Below are positions 12,739 to 27,757 of a DNA stretch of 64,000 nucleotides, piece after piece. The DNA is taken from contig CAJFCJ010000007.1 in NCBI GenBank assembly GCA_904063045.1, forward strand, positions 430,819 to 494,818, read 5' to 3'. Every line of letters begins with the position of its first letter. The first letter of the stretch is position 1. This DNA comes from Dimorphilus gyrociliatus. Its lineage: Eukaryota; Animalia; Annelida. The position numbers and the translations under genes are program-made. Below the pieces are notes generated by a model. That model was not told where the DNA came from. It did not search any database and saw only the letters and a list, made by a program, of their open reading frames with translations.

Positions 12739-13014
12739 AGAATAAGAGGAATGAAAGAGATGAAAGAATGAATGAACAATAAAAACTAATTTTTTTTAAA
12801 TAAATTTTTGTACAAACACGGTACAAAAATAATTTTCTTATTACAATAATCCGAGATTATCTCTTTAAAGAGTAGTGTTTGTTTTCTTTTTTAACAAGTT
12901 AATCTTTGTTTTATATATATATATATATATAATATAATAAGCATTCACGAAAAGACCAAAATAAGGAAAAAAAAACTTCGGAATATATTACAAGAATCTA
13001 ATTGACAATTAGCT

Positions 13015-13094
13015 TCAATAGTAGGGGCGTCTTGGATTGTTCTGCAGAGGATAAAAGATATATATATATAATATATATATATAGAGAGATAGAC

Positions 13095-13126
<32 letters not shown>

Positions 13127-15718
13127 AAAGAGAGAAAGTAGGATAGAGGTAGAATAAGGGTATATGAGTGAATATTATAATCTTACAGTGACGTATAAAA
13201 ATAGAAATAAAAAAAAGTAAATAAAATATAAACAAACCAAAGGATTTGGCCTAAACCTATAAGCCAACATCATTCGTTTTCGATACGCTTCAAATTCGTC
13301 GTCATCCTTTGAAAGACCTCCTGGCATATCTGTAGTTAATCCTAAACCTCCGCCATAGGCAGGTTGTTTGCCTCTGTTATGACAAATAATAAAATTTGCA
13401 ATTTTGATTGACTTTTCATTGCCGATAAAAAATGTTTCATATTACTTATTCACAGGTTCCACGGTGCCTTGAGAGCTGCTTCCCAACCCTTCTCCATCTT
13501 GCCAACCTATTTGTTTTTATATGTAATTTTTAATCTTTCTAAGAAGGGAAATAGGGTATCTTACCCATTTTTTGAAGCATTTTATATCCTATATTATCGC
13601 ATTTTAATTTAAATTCTTTATAATCTGACAATTCGGGCTGTTTCCCATCTTTTAACGATTGAAACGTATCCATAAACTTATTTAACTCTTCTGGCGGTAA
13701 GAAGTCTCCAATATGGTGCTTTCCTTCTCCCATCATTGATAATTTCTCAGCCCATTCAGCTGTTGCTTGCATTTCGTTCTAAAAAGGAAAAAGTATCGGA
13801 TAGTAACAAACAATAGCTCTTTTTGAGAAATGTCAAGGTTAGAATTAGATAGAAAAAGAAATATGGTAAAATATAAAGAGATTAGACCATTCTTCTTTTA
13901 TGTTCCCATGTTCCACCGTCTGTATCTTCGTCGGAATCGTATTCATATTTTGGTTTAATTTTCAAGCCAATTTCCAATGCCTTAGCCTGAGCTTCCATGG
14001 CCTTTCTTTTCGCCAAAAAGTACTCAGCGACGGCATTCATCTGTAGCAGAAATAATGAAGTTTTTTTGTAAGGAATATTCTTTATCAGCTTGTGCACAGT
14101 ATATTTAAAAGAGAGAGCATTTCACCTTTTGTTGCTCCTGAATTTGCTTTTTCTGCTCTAGAGTTAAATGATCAGCGCCTGTGACTTGGCGAGCATATTG
14201 GGCGTTCATTGCAGATTCCGGTGTAATGTTGATAGTTCCTGGGACTGAAAAATGTCATATATATATATATAAATAATATAACTAGACTTTCAAATTAAAA
14301 TTTTACTTGGCGTTGGTTGAGTAACAAGCGCTGTGGCGCATCCTCCTAGTACGGGCGTTACAACTCCTATAGGACCAGGAATTGCTAAAGTGGGGATATC
14401 AGGAGGTATTATAGGAGGAGATGTTTGAATAACTTCTGATGTTGATGAATTATCTTCCGACGTGGCCCATCTAGATTTTTTTCTCTTACGTTTAGAAGCG
14501 CTTGATTCATCGATCGACTTATCTTCCGGAGTGATTTCTTGACTCGTATCTAATTTGGACACTAGACATATCCTATTAACAGTGCACAAGATTGTGACAC
14601 CAAATCCAGCACCTACCTTCATCGGCGGTTTCTATGGTGCGCTTTTGAGCTCTGGCTAGACTGATCCTATGAATAAAGAATATTTACAATATCCTGTATA
14701 TGAATAATTTGAATTTGTCATTTACTTTAAAATAGGTTTAGAGTCAGACAGGATATTATGATTTTCTATATCTTTTTCTTCTTGGTCTAAATCTAAGAAG
14801 AAAAGAAAAGAACAAATAAAATAGAATATTAATTTAATTTTTTTGGTATTATTGGCTTGAGAAACGATCTTATTTTACCATCAGTAGGATTCATTGGGTC
14901 ATATTCATCTTCATCAGTAGGCATAATTCCACTAATTGCTGAGGAGCAGGTTGTTATTGGCAGAACAGAGGGTGGAAGTATAACAGGGGGTGGAACCGCT
15001 TGCGAAGATTGACTCATATTGAACTGCAGCGGCATTGTATTATTACTTATTGGAATTGGTAAGTTGACTGGTGGAGGGAAATTTTGTTGAATTTGCTGCT
15101 GAACAGGAAATTGATGAGCTATTGATGCATATTGGTTTGCATTTTGGGATAATGAAGGATTAAATGGAAAATTATTTGACGAAGGAGCCTGCTGTTGACC
15201 AATTATACACTGTTGAGGTGACATCAAATCTTGTACAATTTGAGAACCTTCAAAGTTTTGTAGCAATGGAGGTTCCTGCAGATGTGGTTGCAATTCTGTA
15301 CACTGATTTGTTGTTTGAACCGAAGAAAATTGCTGATTAGTATTTGCGTTGACTTCTTGTGGACTTGCTTTCATTTCTTGTAATCGTTTAAATTTTTCTA
15401 TAAAGCTTCCATCATTTTGAAACATATTACTTCCAGTTGGAAGATTTATCGGTTTAGTAGATTCCCTAAAATTAAAAGTATTCACGTTTTTACCGTTTTT
15501 GTCTAAATGACATAAACTAACTGTTTTTTTTCAGTTTTTGATTTCTCTTCAATTAACTTCATAGCATCTTCTTGATCTTTAAGCATCTTTTTATTTTCAA
15601 TTTCCTGTTTTTTCTGTTGTATTAGTCTTTCCTGAGCCGTCATTTGTTGAAATCGATCTTGAATGGAAACGGCATGATTTAAGCCGTCCTTTTGTCCCGT
15701 CGGTTTTCGAAAAGACAT
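13015..15718 (-). CDS. SUGP1: SURP and G-patch domain protein 1 (splicing factor 4) orthologue
   Basis: [51 protein letters not shown]-patch ([19 protein letters not shown]), [23 protein letters not shown], and a terminal microexon 13015-13041 encoding NNPRRPYY*. Confidence 0.93.
13061..13140. repeat. Compound TA/GATA/GA microsatellite in the last SUGP1 intron
   Basis: Directly visible. Confidence 0.85.
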
Positions 15719-16800
15719 AATTTTAATTACCGAAAATCAATGTCATATTTCCAGCTATGAAAGGTCAAAATTAGAAGACTCCCTATGATAAATTCATCAA
15801 ACACTTACTTAACATGAAAAGGCTGGGATGCTAAAACTACAATAAATTTTCGCTAAATTATAGATGCATGCAAATCATAATGATTTTATCAAACTCTCTT
15901 CACTGACAGAACTTTACGATCGTTGCCGAAAATAAAACAAAAGAATGTTTACAAAGTGGACAAATACGAAATCCTTTAATAAAAGCTAACGTTTCCGTTT
16001 CCTCTCGTAAGAACCGGTGAAACCTGGTAAAAATACAAAAACCGGTTAATTCAAAGTTTGAAGTTTATGACCTTGAAAATATTTTCGAATAGCCGTCAAA
16101 CTACTGGGCCAAACCGTCTATAGTTTATGTTTAATCCGTACTAAATTTTGTTAGTACTGAACTTGTTAGAAAAGAATAAAAATGGGTCAAATTTCACAAA
16201 ATGTTATGAAAATGTTTATACTTGTTATTAAACATAGAGATTGCATATTTTCGCGGTAAATTGAACATTGATAGTTAATATTAGCCGTGTGCAAACCCTT
16301 TAGCAGTTCAATAAATCTATAATTCTTTTCTCCAAGTCAACATCAAAATAACAAAACGAAAGTTATCTATAACCAATTTAAAAAGCCTAGTTTTCGGCAA
16401 ACAATCTACATAGTAAGGCACGATTCCCAAACATTTAACTTTGATTTATATAATTATATATATACTTTTGCCAAATATTAAATAGTACGGAACTAATTAA
16501 TTAAAAACCAATTCATTTTACGAAAATTACTTGCAAATCAATTTGACAAACAAAAATTTGCTATAAAAATATCATTTTAAGTACGACGCCTGTCTCAGTT
16601 TTCTATAATTAAGTTACTATAATTGTTGTCATATAGACATTTCTCATTTCGTAGGCTTAATTTTCTTAGTTATTATCTCTAATTTTACTAATGAACTCTA
16701 TTTTTTTTATGATTATCCTAGTTTTAATTAAAGAGACAATAAATAGACAGAGAGCGAGAGTGAGAGAGAAAATTTAACAAGCAAAAAACGAAAGAGAACC

Positions 16801-17350
16801 ATGCCTATCTTACAAGTTTTCACAACAATATTTCCATTTAACAAACCATATTTAAGACGTTCCGAAGGTGTTCTACAACTGATACATCTTGTAAGAGCTA
16901 TAGATAGTGTTTTAAATGTATCTCTAATTATAATTGCTTCTCTAGTTCTTCTAATTAGTTGTTTTATTTTTTTTAATGCAGATACTCTTGATTGGAGCAA
17001 CAGCGTCTTCCATCATTAATTTCCTATTCTCTAATATTTCTACTTGGTTTAACATCTGTTTGATTACGTTTAGTATATCATTTTTTATTATTGGTTCAAT
17101 AGTCTTTTATATGAGAATCTTAGATATTCAATTCTCAAATTCTACCAAGTCATTACAGATATTCTTTCTCCTTTATCATTCCTTAGCAACTATCGTAATG
17201 GCTATTGTCTATTTTTTTTGTATATATCATATAAATTTTAAAAGGAAAACTATTGTTATAGTGAGCGTCTTTTATCATTTTCTTCATTTGGTTACTGTTT
17301 TACAACAGCATTTACACGTGTCGTCTATGATAAGTAAACGTGGATTTTGA
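16801..17350 (+). CDS. Small multi-pass membrane protein, MARVEL-domain-like
   Basis: Removing a GT-AG intron at 16891-16981 fuses the two short ORFs in frame: MPILQVFTTIFPFNKPYLRRSEGVLQLIHL-ILLIGATASSIINFLF..., giving about 4 hydrophobic segments. YLRRSEGVLQL resembles the MARVEL N-terminal motif (YLxxxxGxLK). Confidence 0.5.
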
Positions 17351-19791
17351 ATAAGCTATTCTTTTATTGTTGATTAAGCAAAATACTAAAAAATGACCCA
17401 CCCACTCGCACTCCCACCAAATCAAAACGAAACGTAGAATACAATCAATAAAGTAGGACTAAGATGTTTTAATAAACCTATATTGTACTTTGCCCATTCA
17501 TTTTCCACGTAAAAAGGACAATATTGCACAAAAAGACAAAATGGGAGAATTATGGAAATTGATTAACAGAGTAATGGGTGTAGTGGTGGAAAAAACATGA
17601 GGGGAAAGAGAGAAGTAGAGGAGGAGTGATTCGCTGACATGATTCCGTGCAAGTTGTCACACATAGTAAAGTTAGCATGCAATATAGTTATTTTGTTTAT
17701 GTCGGTATGTATAAAGAAGAAAGAAGGAAGAAAATAAAGACAGAGAGGGAGAGGGAGGGGAGAGATAAGGGAAGAGCTTCTATACACAAGAAAAGGAAGA
17801 AGAATAAGTGATACGATGTAAACTGTTTAACGAGTAATATGGTATTAAAGCTTGCTTGATTGTTTTCTTTTCATTATAAGCGAGATTAATAAACTCATTA
17901 TTTATCAACCATAGGCCGTAAAAATTGTATTTTATATCATTATGCTTATCCGTCAACTTGTTCAACAGTTGCATATTATTTAATAGAGTAATTGTTTATC
18001 TTCCTATCTTTTTACGATTTCTTTGCTATAGAAAAATATATTTACATTGTATGTAAATTTTTAAAAGAATAGTAAAGAAAATAAAGTTTATCAGACAGAG
18101 AGAGAGATTGTCAATATATCTTATACAAATCACGTTTTGCGAGTATTAAGAATAACGCACATTTAATTATGATATTTATAAAATTCGTTTGTCTTCTTTT
18201 GGTTCATTTTTTCCATTAGTTACTCTCTAATTCATATCATATTTTTTATATACTATATGTAGAACCAATAGAGAGAAAGAGAGAGGCAGACGGACGGACA
18301 ATTGGTAGAAAACAAATAGAATAAAGAACTTTACTATACAAAAATAAGTGTACACTATTCCTTTAGAAATATAGAAAAACACATTACCTTCAAAGTACTG
18401 AAAGGTATTTTACAAGTGACTCAAATCGTAAGTAATATGGGTATATCATTATAGGTAACTTTGAAGTTTAATTTTCTTTGTCTATTTTTAGAATTTTCCA
18501 ATAAGCGGATTAATTTTATCTTCAAATCTTCCTAGTGAGCTTGCGGTAAAGAGACAAAGTTGTCTGAAGAGACATCCTTACTCGGATGCTCTTTATACGC
18601 TATTTGTATAAGCATAAATTGACACTTTGTTTATAGGTTGTAAAGAACTATTTGGCTCTTTTTCAACAGTTAAGTACCAATCTGTGCAAATAAGATAAGT
18701 AAAGAAAAACGTTAAATAAATCAATTAACTATTCATAAATTCCTTATTTATAAAGCTTTATTTAGTATTTTACGAGCTAAATTAATAGAGCTCTTTATAT
18801 TTTCTATGTTTATGCATAGTCTATCAATCGTCCGTTAGAGAGATTTGTGTAATACAAAGCAAGGGAACTCTTGGGTAGGAGGAGAAGAAGGAAAAGAAGA
18901 ACAGGGAAGTAAAAAGGGAAGGAAAAGGAAGAAAAAAAAACAAAATAAACGAATAAAAGGAAATAAGAGACTGATATATTACAGTATGTCATTTCTAATT
19001 CGCAATCAGCAATTTTTCTTTTGCAGGGCGAATATTCACGATCATATATTTTTAACAATCAATAATTAAATATTATTTTAACTAACTCGAACTTATTAGC
19101 ATATTAGTAAGTTTGTTTATATTCCTTTTTGCGTTCTGTTTTTTGCTCTTTTTTTTGACATTCATTATGCTTCTCAACTATAAAATGTCATTTTATTTTT
19201 CAATATTGACATACATGCATATACAGTATATGATATATACGATTTATACAAGCTATAGAATATACAGTATATTCATTCTATAGGCCTATATGTCATATAA
19301 ATAATTCGGAGAAAAAGTAACGGCTTCCTTTTATATCGGGATAAAAGATGTTATTTTCGAAGCTGCTGATTATAGGTAGAAAAGTTATTTTTAACACAAT
19401 TCTTGTCTTCCTTTGACAAAAAGATATTCATATTGAAAGAATGGGAAATAAGATTGAAGAGAAGGCAAAAAGAAACTGATGATTGCAAGATGAGTATAAG
19501 CAAGATTCTAGTTAAATCTTCAAAATAAAAGTGTGATTACAGTTTTGAATAGTTGTCTTTTTAATTATTATTCAAATATCTTTCATCATTTAGCACGATA
19601 CTTAATATAACTATATCTTGATGAAATTTGTCAACCACTAAACATATAAAATACTCCCAATTATAAAACTACATAACGGAAATAAAGTTCTAGAACAAAC
19701 AAACGAATGTTGGAATTCCTTTCATACAAAAAAACCCAAATAAAGGGTTTTTTTTCTCGATCTAATGGGAATGCTATACACATAAATCAGT

Positions 19792-22700
19792 TCATAACTG
19801 AATTGCCACCAATTCTAAGGGCTCGAACATTTTACGAGCCCACATTGTCCTCATATTCGGAGGTTGATCAAACCTTCTTAGCTGTCTTTTCTCAGCTGGA
19901 GTTAATTGTTGATATGCTGCAGCATATTCTCTATCAAATGCATCTGGAACGAATAAAAAAGTTAATACAAAAAGAAATGGATTTATGACGAATCTTTATA
20001 GATCTTTCTAACGATTATTAAGATAAATATTAAAATGAGTTAAAAACAGACAAACCTAAATCAATATTTTGTCTTCCCAATGAAAAACATGCCAAAAATA
20101 GAAGGTTCCTATAAACACTTCTATGCCGGAAACGACTAGAAGCTGCCTGATTAACATTAAACAATTTTTGTCGTTCAGATAAAGTCAACTTAATTGCCGA
20201 CAATATATCATTTCCAATAATAAAATGAATTAAATCATTTCGAATATTTGCAGAAAATGGCTGTTGGTCAGTTAATAGAGCTTGAACGGTTGGCGAGGGA
20301 GAATTTGACTGATCATGTAAAACGTACATAGGCATTCCCACTTCGTCCTGAATTTTTAAATTATCCCAGATAGCCCTGATAACTACTTGTCTGCTTGAAA
20401 CGTCTTTAGCTAACAAGCCCGGCAAATTCGAAGGAACGTTAAGTCTTCTAAAGTACCATAATAAATTCCAAAATACTTCAGCATGATCAATACTAAAATT
20501 TTCATCTGTTAGAGATAAGTCTCCTTCATTCTCTATTATGCTCTCAAGCTGTCTCCGTAATACAAGAGGATTAAGATACAAAACTGATAATTCCCTCCTT
20601 GAACCGTCTTTTCTAGAATCTTTAATATATATAACAAGTCTAGTGACAACCTCTTTAGAGCAAAATTGGCAATTGGTATTGAAGTTGCAGTCATTTGAAG
20701 TCCAACCAGCAGTGATTTCTTCATCGTACAACAACGATTGACAGTGTTCGCAACGGAAATTAGAAGATATTTGTGCTTCTATTTTTGTCTGAACAATTTG
20801 AGAGAGACTTTGGTTGGAGCCGGTTATCTGTTGATTTATTGAGATGGTCTCTCCATCAAACGGGATTAAATGTTGGGGAACAGATGAAACTGTTTAAATT
20901 AAAAATTTCATTAAATAAAAACAAATGTACTTAATAAAAAATTGCCTGTCAAAAATATAATATAATCATAATAATATTTATAATAAAAAGGAAATTATTC
21001 CATCAATATTATATAATTTTCGAAAATGGATAACTAAATTTAAACATTGTTCCTTTTTATTTTATACATTTCAATTTATTAAAAGTATTGGGTGTTACAA
21101 GCTCTACTAAGTTATATATTAAGATAATAAGATATATACATATATATACAGTATATATATATATATATATAAATTTGTAATGCAAGCGGAAAGTAGCAAA
21201 AAGAAAGTTATATTAAAGTAGAGACAATAAAGCATGCCGAAAAAAAAATAATATATATATATATAGTTATAATGATTGAATAATAGAAAACATGAAGAAG
21301 ACTAAAAATGTTATCTTCTCCAAACTGTTTCTGTAGAGAGAAAAAATGCATCATTGCCATTAGTTTTTCAAAAAAAGGAAACAAATCAAAGCTGGCGATA
21401 GAAAAAGCTTAATTTTTTTTTTTTGACTTTCGATTATTATATGATGAGCATTTTTTTCAATATTTTTTAAAGAATCTATACTTTTCTTCTTAGTTTTTCT
21501 CTTTCTTTTAAATTAATACTAAAAATTAATATGCATTTAAAAAAAACAAAAGAATTTCAAAAGTATAAGATTATGATTATAATTAAAAAAAAAAAAGAAG
21601 CCTATAACCCATCGAAAGAGAAGAAAGCAATTTGTTAAGAGCATTGTTTTTTAAGAGAAAAGAAAGATAGATAGAGACTAATTCTGATAGGATTTGATAA
21701 ATTCTCTCTTTTTTAAAAGATTAATTTATATTGTTTTATTAATATTTTTGGATGTAGTAAAAATTTGTTTGTTTAGCAAATAGCTACATAATTAAATAAA
21801 CCTTGATCAGAAATATCCGGTGAATCCTGATGTAACGACAGTGCAGTTGATAAATAATCCCTAGACTTTCCCCATAGATCCCAGGCGGCATCCCATGCTA
21901 TATATACATATATATAAATATATGTGTGTGTTTATATATAGAGAAAAGTGTTTAAACAATAGTGAATATTTAAAAAATAAAATAACAATTAAAATAAAAA
22001 CTATCTTCGTCTTGTTGATAATTTTTGCCTTTTGTTTAATAAAATTGTATTTACCTAAATGATTTCTCTTTTTATCAAGACCATCGTCCAAAGACAAACG
22101 ATCTTGAGATACACTTTCCCAACTAATTCTTTCCTCTTCGGTTATTGAATTTTTACCAGGAACCGAAACTAAACTTCCCGTTGAACTCGTTGAGGCTTTA
22201 GTTGGGGTTAATGAAAAATCGCCTATCTTTTTCCAAGCAGATGAAGCATACTTTTTTGCTGAACCAAATGCCTTATTTAATGATTCTGCCCTGACTAATG
22301 GTTTCCTAGATTTTGGTGTTTGATTTATAGCTTTTCTACTTAAGTCTTCTTCACTGACTACACTCTTCTTAATTGTCAAGGTCTCAGATGCATCATTATA
22401 CGAGTCAGACCAATTCTGGAATGGTTGTAGGTCTACGAAGCCGGTTTTTGGAACTGATTTTTGGGGTGTTGATGCAGCTGTTGAGGGAGGAGTAGTAAAA
22501 TGGCCAAGTGGATCATTTATTGTTACAGGAGTTGGTGTAGCAATAGTATGGCTTGGAGAGCTTTTAGTTTTTTCAATGTCCTTGTTTTCTAAAGGTTCAC
22601 TTCCTACATCTGTAAGAAGTTGTTTCGGTCGTTCGCATTTTTCAATTCCAAAACTAGATCGCCTCCTCGGTATTCTATTATGGGACTCTTGCAATGCGTA

Positions 22701-25700
22701 AGGAGTTATCAGATCCCCGGCTTGACTACCATCTAGTAGTTATGATAATCGATGGAATGATTAATTAACTTGATTACAATTATATTCTTATTGTCCTGAA
22801 TTAAATTGATTGCTTACATTTTTCACCCGCTCCTCTTGGTAATGAAGTACTTTTCGCTAAAGACGGTCGAACAATATTCGATACTCGTTTTGTAAATGCG
22901 GCTGAAAAACATGACGATTTCCATGCAAAAAAAAAAGGGAGATATTCTCAACACAAAAATTAAAACACTTTTTTAAACAACAGCCAAGCGATATTATATT
23001 TTAAAATATCTATAAAATAAGCTTAAAGATTATGCAATTCACAGTATGCAACGATATCTATAAATTTGGTTAATACTAAAAAGAAAACATAAAATATAAA
23101 TATTCTATCTACCTCGTTTTAATACATCCGTTCCTTTAGATGGCGTAAAAAGACGTCGAAAAACCGGGGTAGTTTGTGAAGCTTTCCTTAATTTATTCAA
23201 TGAATCTTGACTTCCATTTACATGTGATAATTTCCTCCCATCTTCATTTGAAAGAGAACTATAGCCACGGTCTGATACACCTCCTAAAGCATAAATAATT
23301 GAAATCAAAGAAGCAAAAAAAAACTTTCTAGCATTTAATATATAATTAGACAACTCAACCAATAAATGCTCTTAATAATTGCTTTCCCAAAAATTTTTTT
23401 TCTTAATTTCTTAATGTAAAAGAAAAAGAAAAAATTCAATGACGAAAGAAAAGAAAGAAATAATGGAAAATGGAAGAACTGGGGTGAAGGGAAGTAGAAG
23501 ATAAACTTAATAGTAGACAGATAGGATTATTCTTTTGAAAGAATAAATATAAATTAACGAAAAGCGACAAAGCATAGCTTTTTTAGTTTTAAGATAAAGG
23601 GAAAAAATCATATAAATATGAATGTTCCTGTATAATAAGTGCTCACATAAAATTTAATAAGAAGCAATTATAAATGTTGCAATTTATTGCTTGAATCTTT
23701 ATTAGTATTATTATTGGTTGTATAAATAATACAATAAGTAAGTATACTTAATACTATTATATATTCTTTGAGGTCGACATTAGTTATTTATAAATATGTA
23801 TAAATTTTTGGCTAAGTAATGATCAATTAATAATAATCTCATCCTTTTGTGAAAATTTTTGTTGAGTTATGATAATTATCAATAATTGATATGGTAATAA
23901 TTAACTTATTTTTACATTCTTTAGTTGTTGGTTTTTTTTGTTTTGTTGTCCTTAATTTGTCAATAATTGCAAGAATATAATATGAGAAGAGCGTTAATCT
24001 TTAAACAAGCCTCAAGTTGAAAAAATATCAGTAAGATAGCGACCTCTAGCGTTAGAACCTTATAACGAAAAGTTTACTGACCTATACTAGTTCTATCGTC
24101 ACTTTTGGAACTTGTTGAATGAACATCAAACATTTTATGTGGGGCAGGTGCTTCGGTTGGAATTTTAGCTCCATCTTCCATTAGGTACTCCAGACTATTT
24201 CGACTCAGGCAATCATCACTTTCGTGGACTATTAATAGATTATTTCTTTTAACCAAAAGATTTATACGAAATTGAGCTATAGCCATAACAATATTTTTCA
24301 GAAGAATCCATCTATAAAAATGTAAAGAAACAGAAACAGAAATTGAGAGAAATTCAAATTGTTCATAATATTTTTAAAAAAGATTTTGAAAAGTTTTTTC
24401 AAACCTTCGATAAGCTGAACGAGTATCACTAGAAGCTGATTGTGAATCATACACAGCCTTATTGTAATATCCATAAGTCATTGCGTTTGGCTGAACACTG
24501 TGTTTTCTCATTTCAGATAATAGACTCTGAGCTAAAGTTGGTTGATCATATATTCCACACAATTGCATTAGTATTCTATAGCACACTTCATCTATAGCAA
24601 TTAATTTTGAATTTTGTAATCGGACTAGAATATTGAATGCTGTTCGTAATGCTTTCTCCTTAGAGTGAGCTGATCGAACGTATGATGGTAGGTGTATGAA
24701 CCATAAACTATAACAATGGCTCATTAGGTATTTTACCCATAAATCAGGAGAAGTCGAAATTTTTTCGGCATTTCTCTGGGCAGACCTCACTTCTTGTTTA
24801 GTTCTTAAAGTCATTGGACCAAGTAGTTTTAGTGTTTTTGTCTCGGGTGTTTTCATAATAAAGTTCTCAACTGGCAATAATCGTTGATCCAAAATAGGAA
24901 ACTTGCCATATTTATATTTAACATCGTCTCCTTCTGGCTCTCCAATAAACCTTGTATTCTCATTTCTGACCTCAGCCTCGAATAATGGAGGTTCGTCTTT
25001 ATTTTCGTCCACCTATTTTTAGACATAAAAAAAACCGCTCAGATGAGATAGAGAAAAACAAACCAACCGAGTAACCTAATCTCATATTTACCTTCTCTAT
25101 ACATTCGTCGAAGAATGTTAAACAAGTATCCTGATCCGATACGAAAGATCTTTCTTGGATAAAAATATTGAATGTTTGCGTTTTGACTATTTCTTTAAGA
25201 AGCCTTCTATAATTTTCATTTTTACTTTTAAGAAAACCATCAGTATCGAAAAGAAGAGATAATTTTGTTCCTCTACATTCTTTCATTGGTTTCAAAAAGC
25301 TACTATAACCTTTTAAAACACAGGACATAAAACGAAGAAACGCTTCGCATATTTCCTTTTCAAGTCTTCTTTCTTTTTGTTGTATTTTTGTTTTAAGTTC
25401 CAATGAATCCAAATCTAGCGATAAAATTTTCTGTTGCCGACTACTAATATCTTTCAACTTTTGAATATCTTTAAAAAGACGCTCCAAAGTATTCTTTAAG
25501 ATTTTTGCAGGCTTTTTTGGCAGTAATTTTACATTGATTTCCTTATGATAAGGACTGAAAATAGAAAACGATGAGTAACTTGCAAAAATATTATTCATAA
25601 TCTTTATGATTATATCATAATTACTATCGCTTTACTTGATTTATATCAGCTTAGATTATAGGATATGATTATTCAAAAAAAAAAAAACTCACTTATAGAT

Positions 25701-27757
25701 CTGGCAAGTATCCAAATCAACTAAGACAAAAATTTCAGTGTTCACTTCGTAAGTATCAAAAATTTTTGAATCCAATCCAATGACAATAGGAACTGGTGAT
25801 TCTAAAGTTTTTGCTAACTGTACTGGCAATAATGGAACATAGGCACATGACCAGCGAAGAGGAAATCCCATCTAGATGAGGATAAACGAATTGGAATTAA
25901 TAGGATTAACTGTAAGTAATCTCTTGTAACGCCTTTATATAATTCTTTCCCTGCACGGTAGATTGTAACTTAGATAGTATAATTTATTAATGATTCAAAA
26001 GAATATTCAAACCGCCACCTTCCCCTACAACCCTTAGTACACAATTTTTCAAACAAATCACCGAATTATCAATAAGATATGTATGATACTTCAACTTACA
26101 TTGGCAACGGCTTCAGCAGTTGATGTTAAAACAGGAGTTCGAAGAGAATGTATAATCATATACTTTTCACATAGTGATAATGCTAGAAGTAGAAGACAAT
26201 TCTCTGGACCAAGATTCGATAAAAGTGTTGTATAAGATGCCCCGCTGTGCGAAGAAAAGAAAAGATACAAATTGTAAAATTAGCACACAATAAACAGTAT
26301 TATATTGTATATTTATTTGTAAATTAAATGAATGATTTCGTCTTGAAAAGTTTATCTTTACATAAAGCTAAGAATTAATTCACTGAAAGTCAATAGTTAT
26401 CGAATTCTCTAAATCTAGTACGAAATTGATTATTTAATATTCTTTATGAATTATATATACTATTCAAAGTATATACTTGCCAAATTTATATATTTATACA
26501 TATATAATACATAGTGTTGTATACAATATATGGAATATAAAATATTTACTTTTGGGGTAGAGGCATGTCCATCGGTTTTGAAATAGATATAACTTGAGCG
26601 GGAAATTGAACTACTATCCTTGATGTAAGATTTGTAGGAAATGGAACATTGTTGAAAAAATGACTGATACATCTGTAACGGAATAAAAGAATTAATATTA
26701 AATATAATATAGATTCATAATTGAAATATCACCTTTCAATTGGCAAATTTTGCTCATCTTCTTTTTTTGAAATAGTGTACAAGTAGCGTAAAAACTGTTC
26801 GAAAGCTTCGAAGAAGGGCCATCTCGAAATTAAACCAATACTTTTAGATACATGCACCGTTCTTCTATCTGACATGGTTTCAATGCCCAATTGAGCTAAA
26901 GTATGACAGTCTAACTCGCTTTTGTTCATTTCCTCATAGAAGCTAACCGCTGCTCCGTATGATTTTGAACCAGCTTCACCCGTAAGAACGAACGTGGAAA
27001 ACTTAGGATGAGGTTCTTCCGCTTCAACAGGCCATACTTCTATTGTTGCACCGAGTGGCAAGCAAAATCTCTCAACACTAACTGGTAGTGGACACTCACG
27101 ATCGTCTTCTTTTGGATATCGTGATAGTAATTGAGGTTCGTAGACAATAGTCTTTGCGTTCCTTTCAGATTTCTTATAACAAATATAAACATCTGAGCCA
27201 ACTAAAGCCTTATTAAGACTTTTGGGGATCTGCATATAAGTGTGAGGTGGTGTTTCTCCTTTATTTGTGAGGATTATGCAAATGTCCGTTACGACCAACG
27301 TATCCGCAGATGCTGTATCTTCAGCTCTCATGTAAGTTAAATAAATCTTACCGGCTGTATTATTGACGTTAGCATTGTGATTTGTAGGTGTATACTGAAC
27401 TATTTGACATCCAGGCATTAAGCGTTCTTTACCGTGATACATGACACCGATATCAGTAAGAGGCGGACGATCTCGTCCCCTCCTATAGCACAGATACATA
27501 TCCGGCGATCTAATAGAACCATGATTAAGATCGGCAGGATACCCATTGACTGTTTTCTCAATGCGTTTATAACCTTCTGGACATTCTTCACCCAAAGTAG
27601 GAATTATAACTGCCAAATCAGTTATAGGATCGACTTTATGCGCTTCCTCCTTTAATAAAAAGTTTTCGTCCACGAATCCATCGTGGAACAGAGGAGGTTG
27701 AAGATCATCTCGTATGCCGGATATTAAGAAGTAATCGGCGATTCTATTATTGTCCAT
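19792..27757 (-). CDS. DENND4: DENN domain protein 4 (Crag orthologue), Rab GEF
   Basis: [14 protein letters not shown]; MABP domain (DPITDLAVI...[31 protein letters not shown]); uDENN/DENN/dDENN ([46 protein letters not shown]); PPR motif ([12 protein letters not shown]...[14 protein letters not shown]); C-terminal [13 protein letters not shown] and DAFDREY in the last exon 19792-19943. Confidence 0.95.

Noticed and set aside
17563-19069. Short ORFs 17563-17787, 18810-19058 and 18845-19069
   Set aside because: Translations of polypurine/polypyrimidine tracts; low complexity with no domain or splice support.
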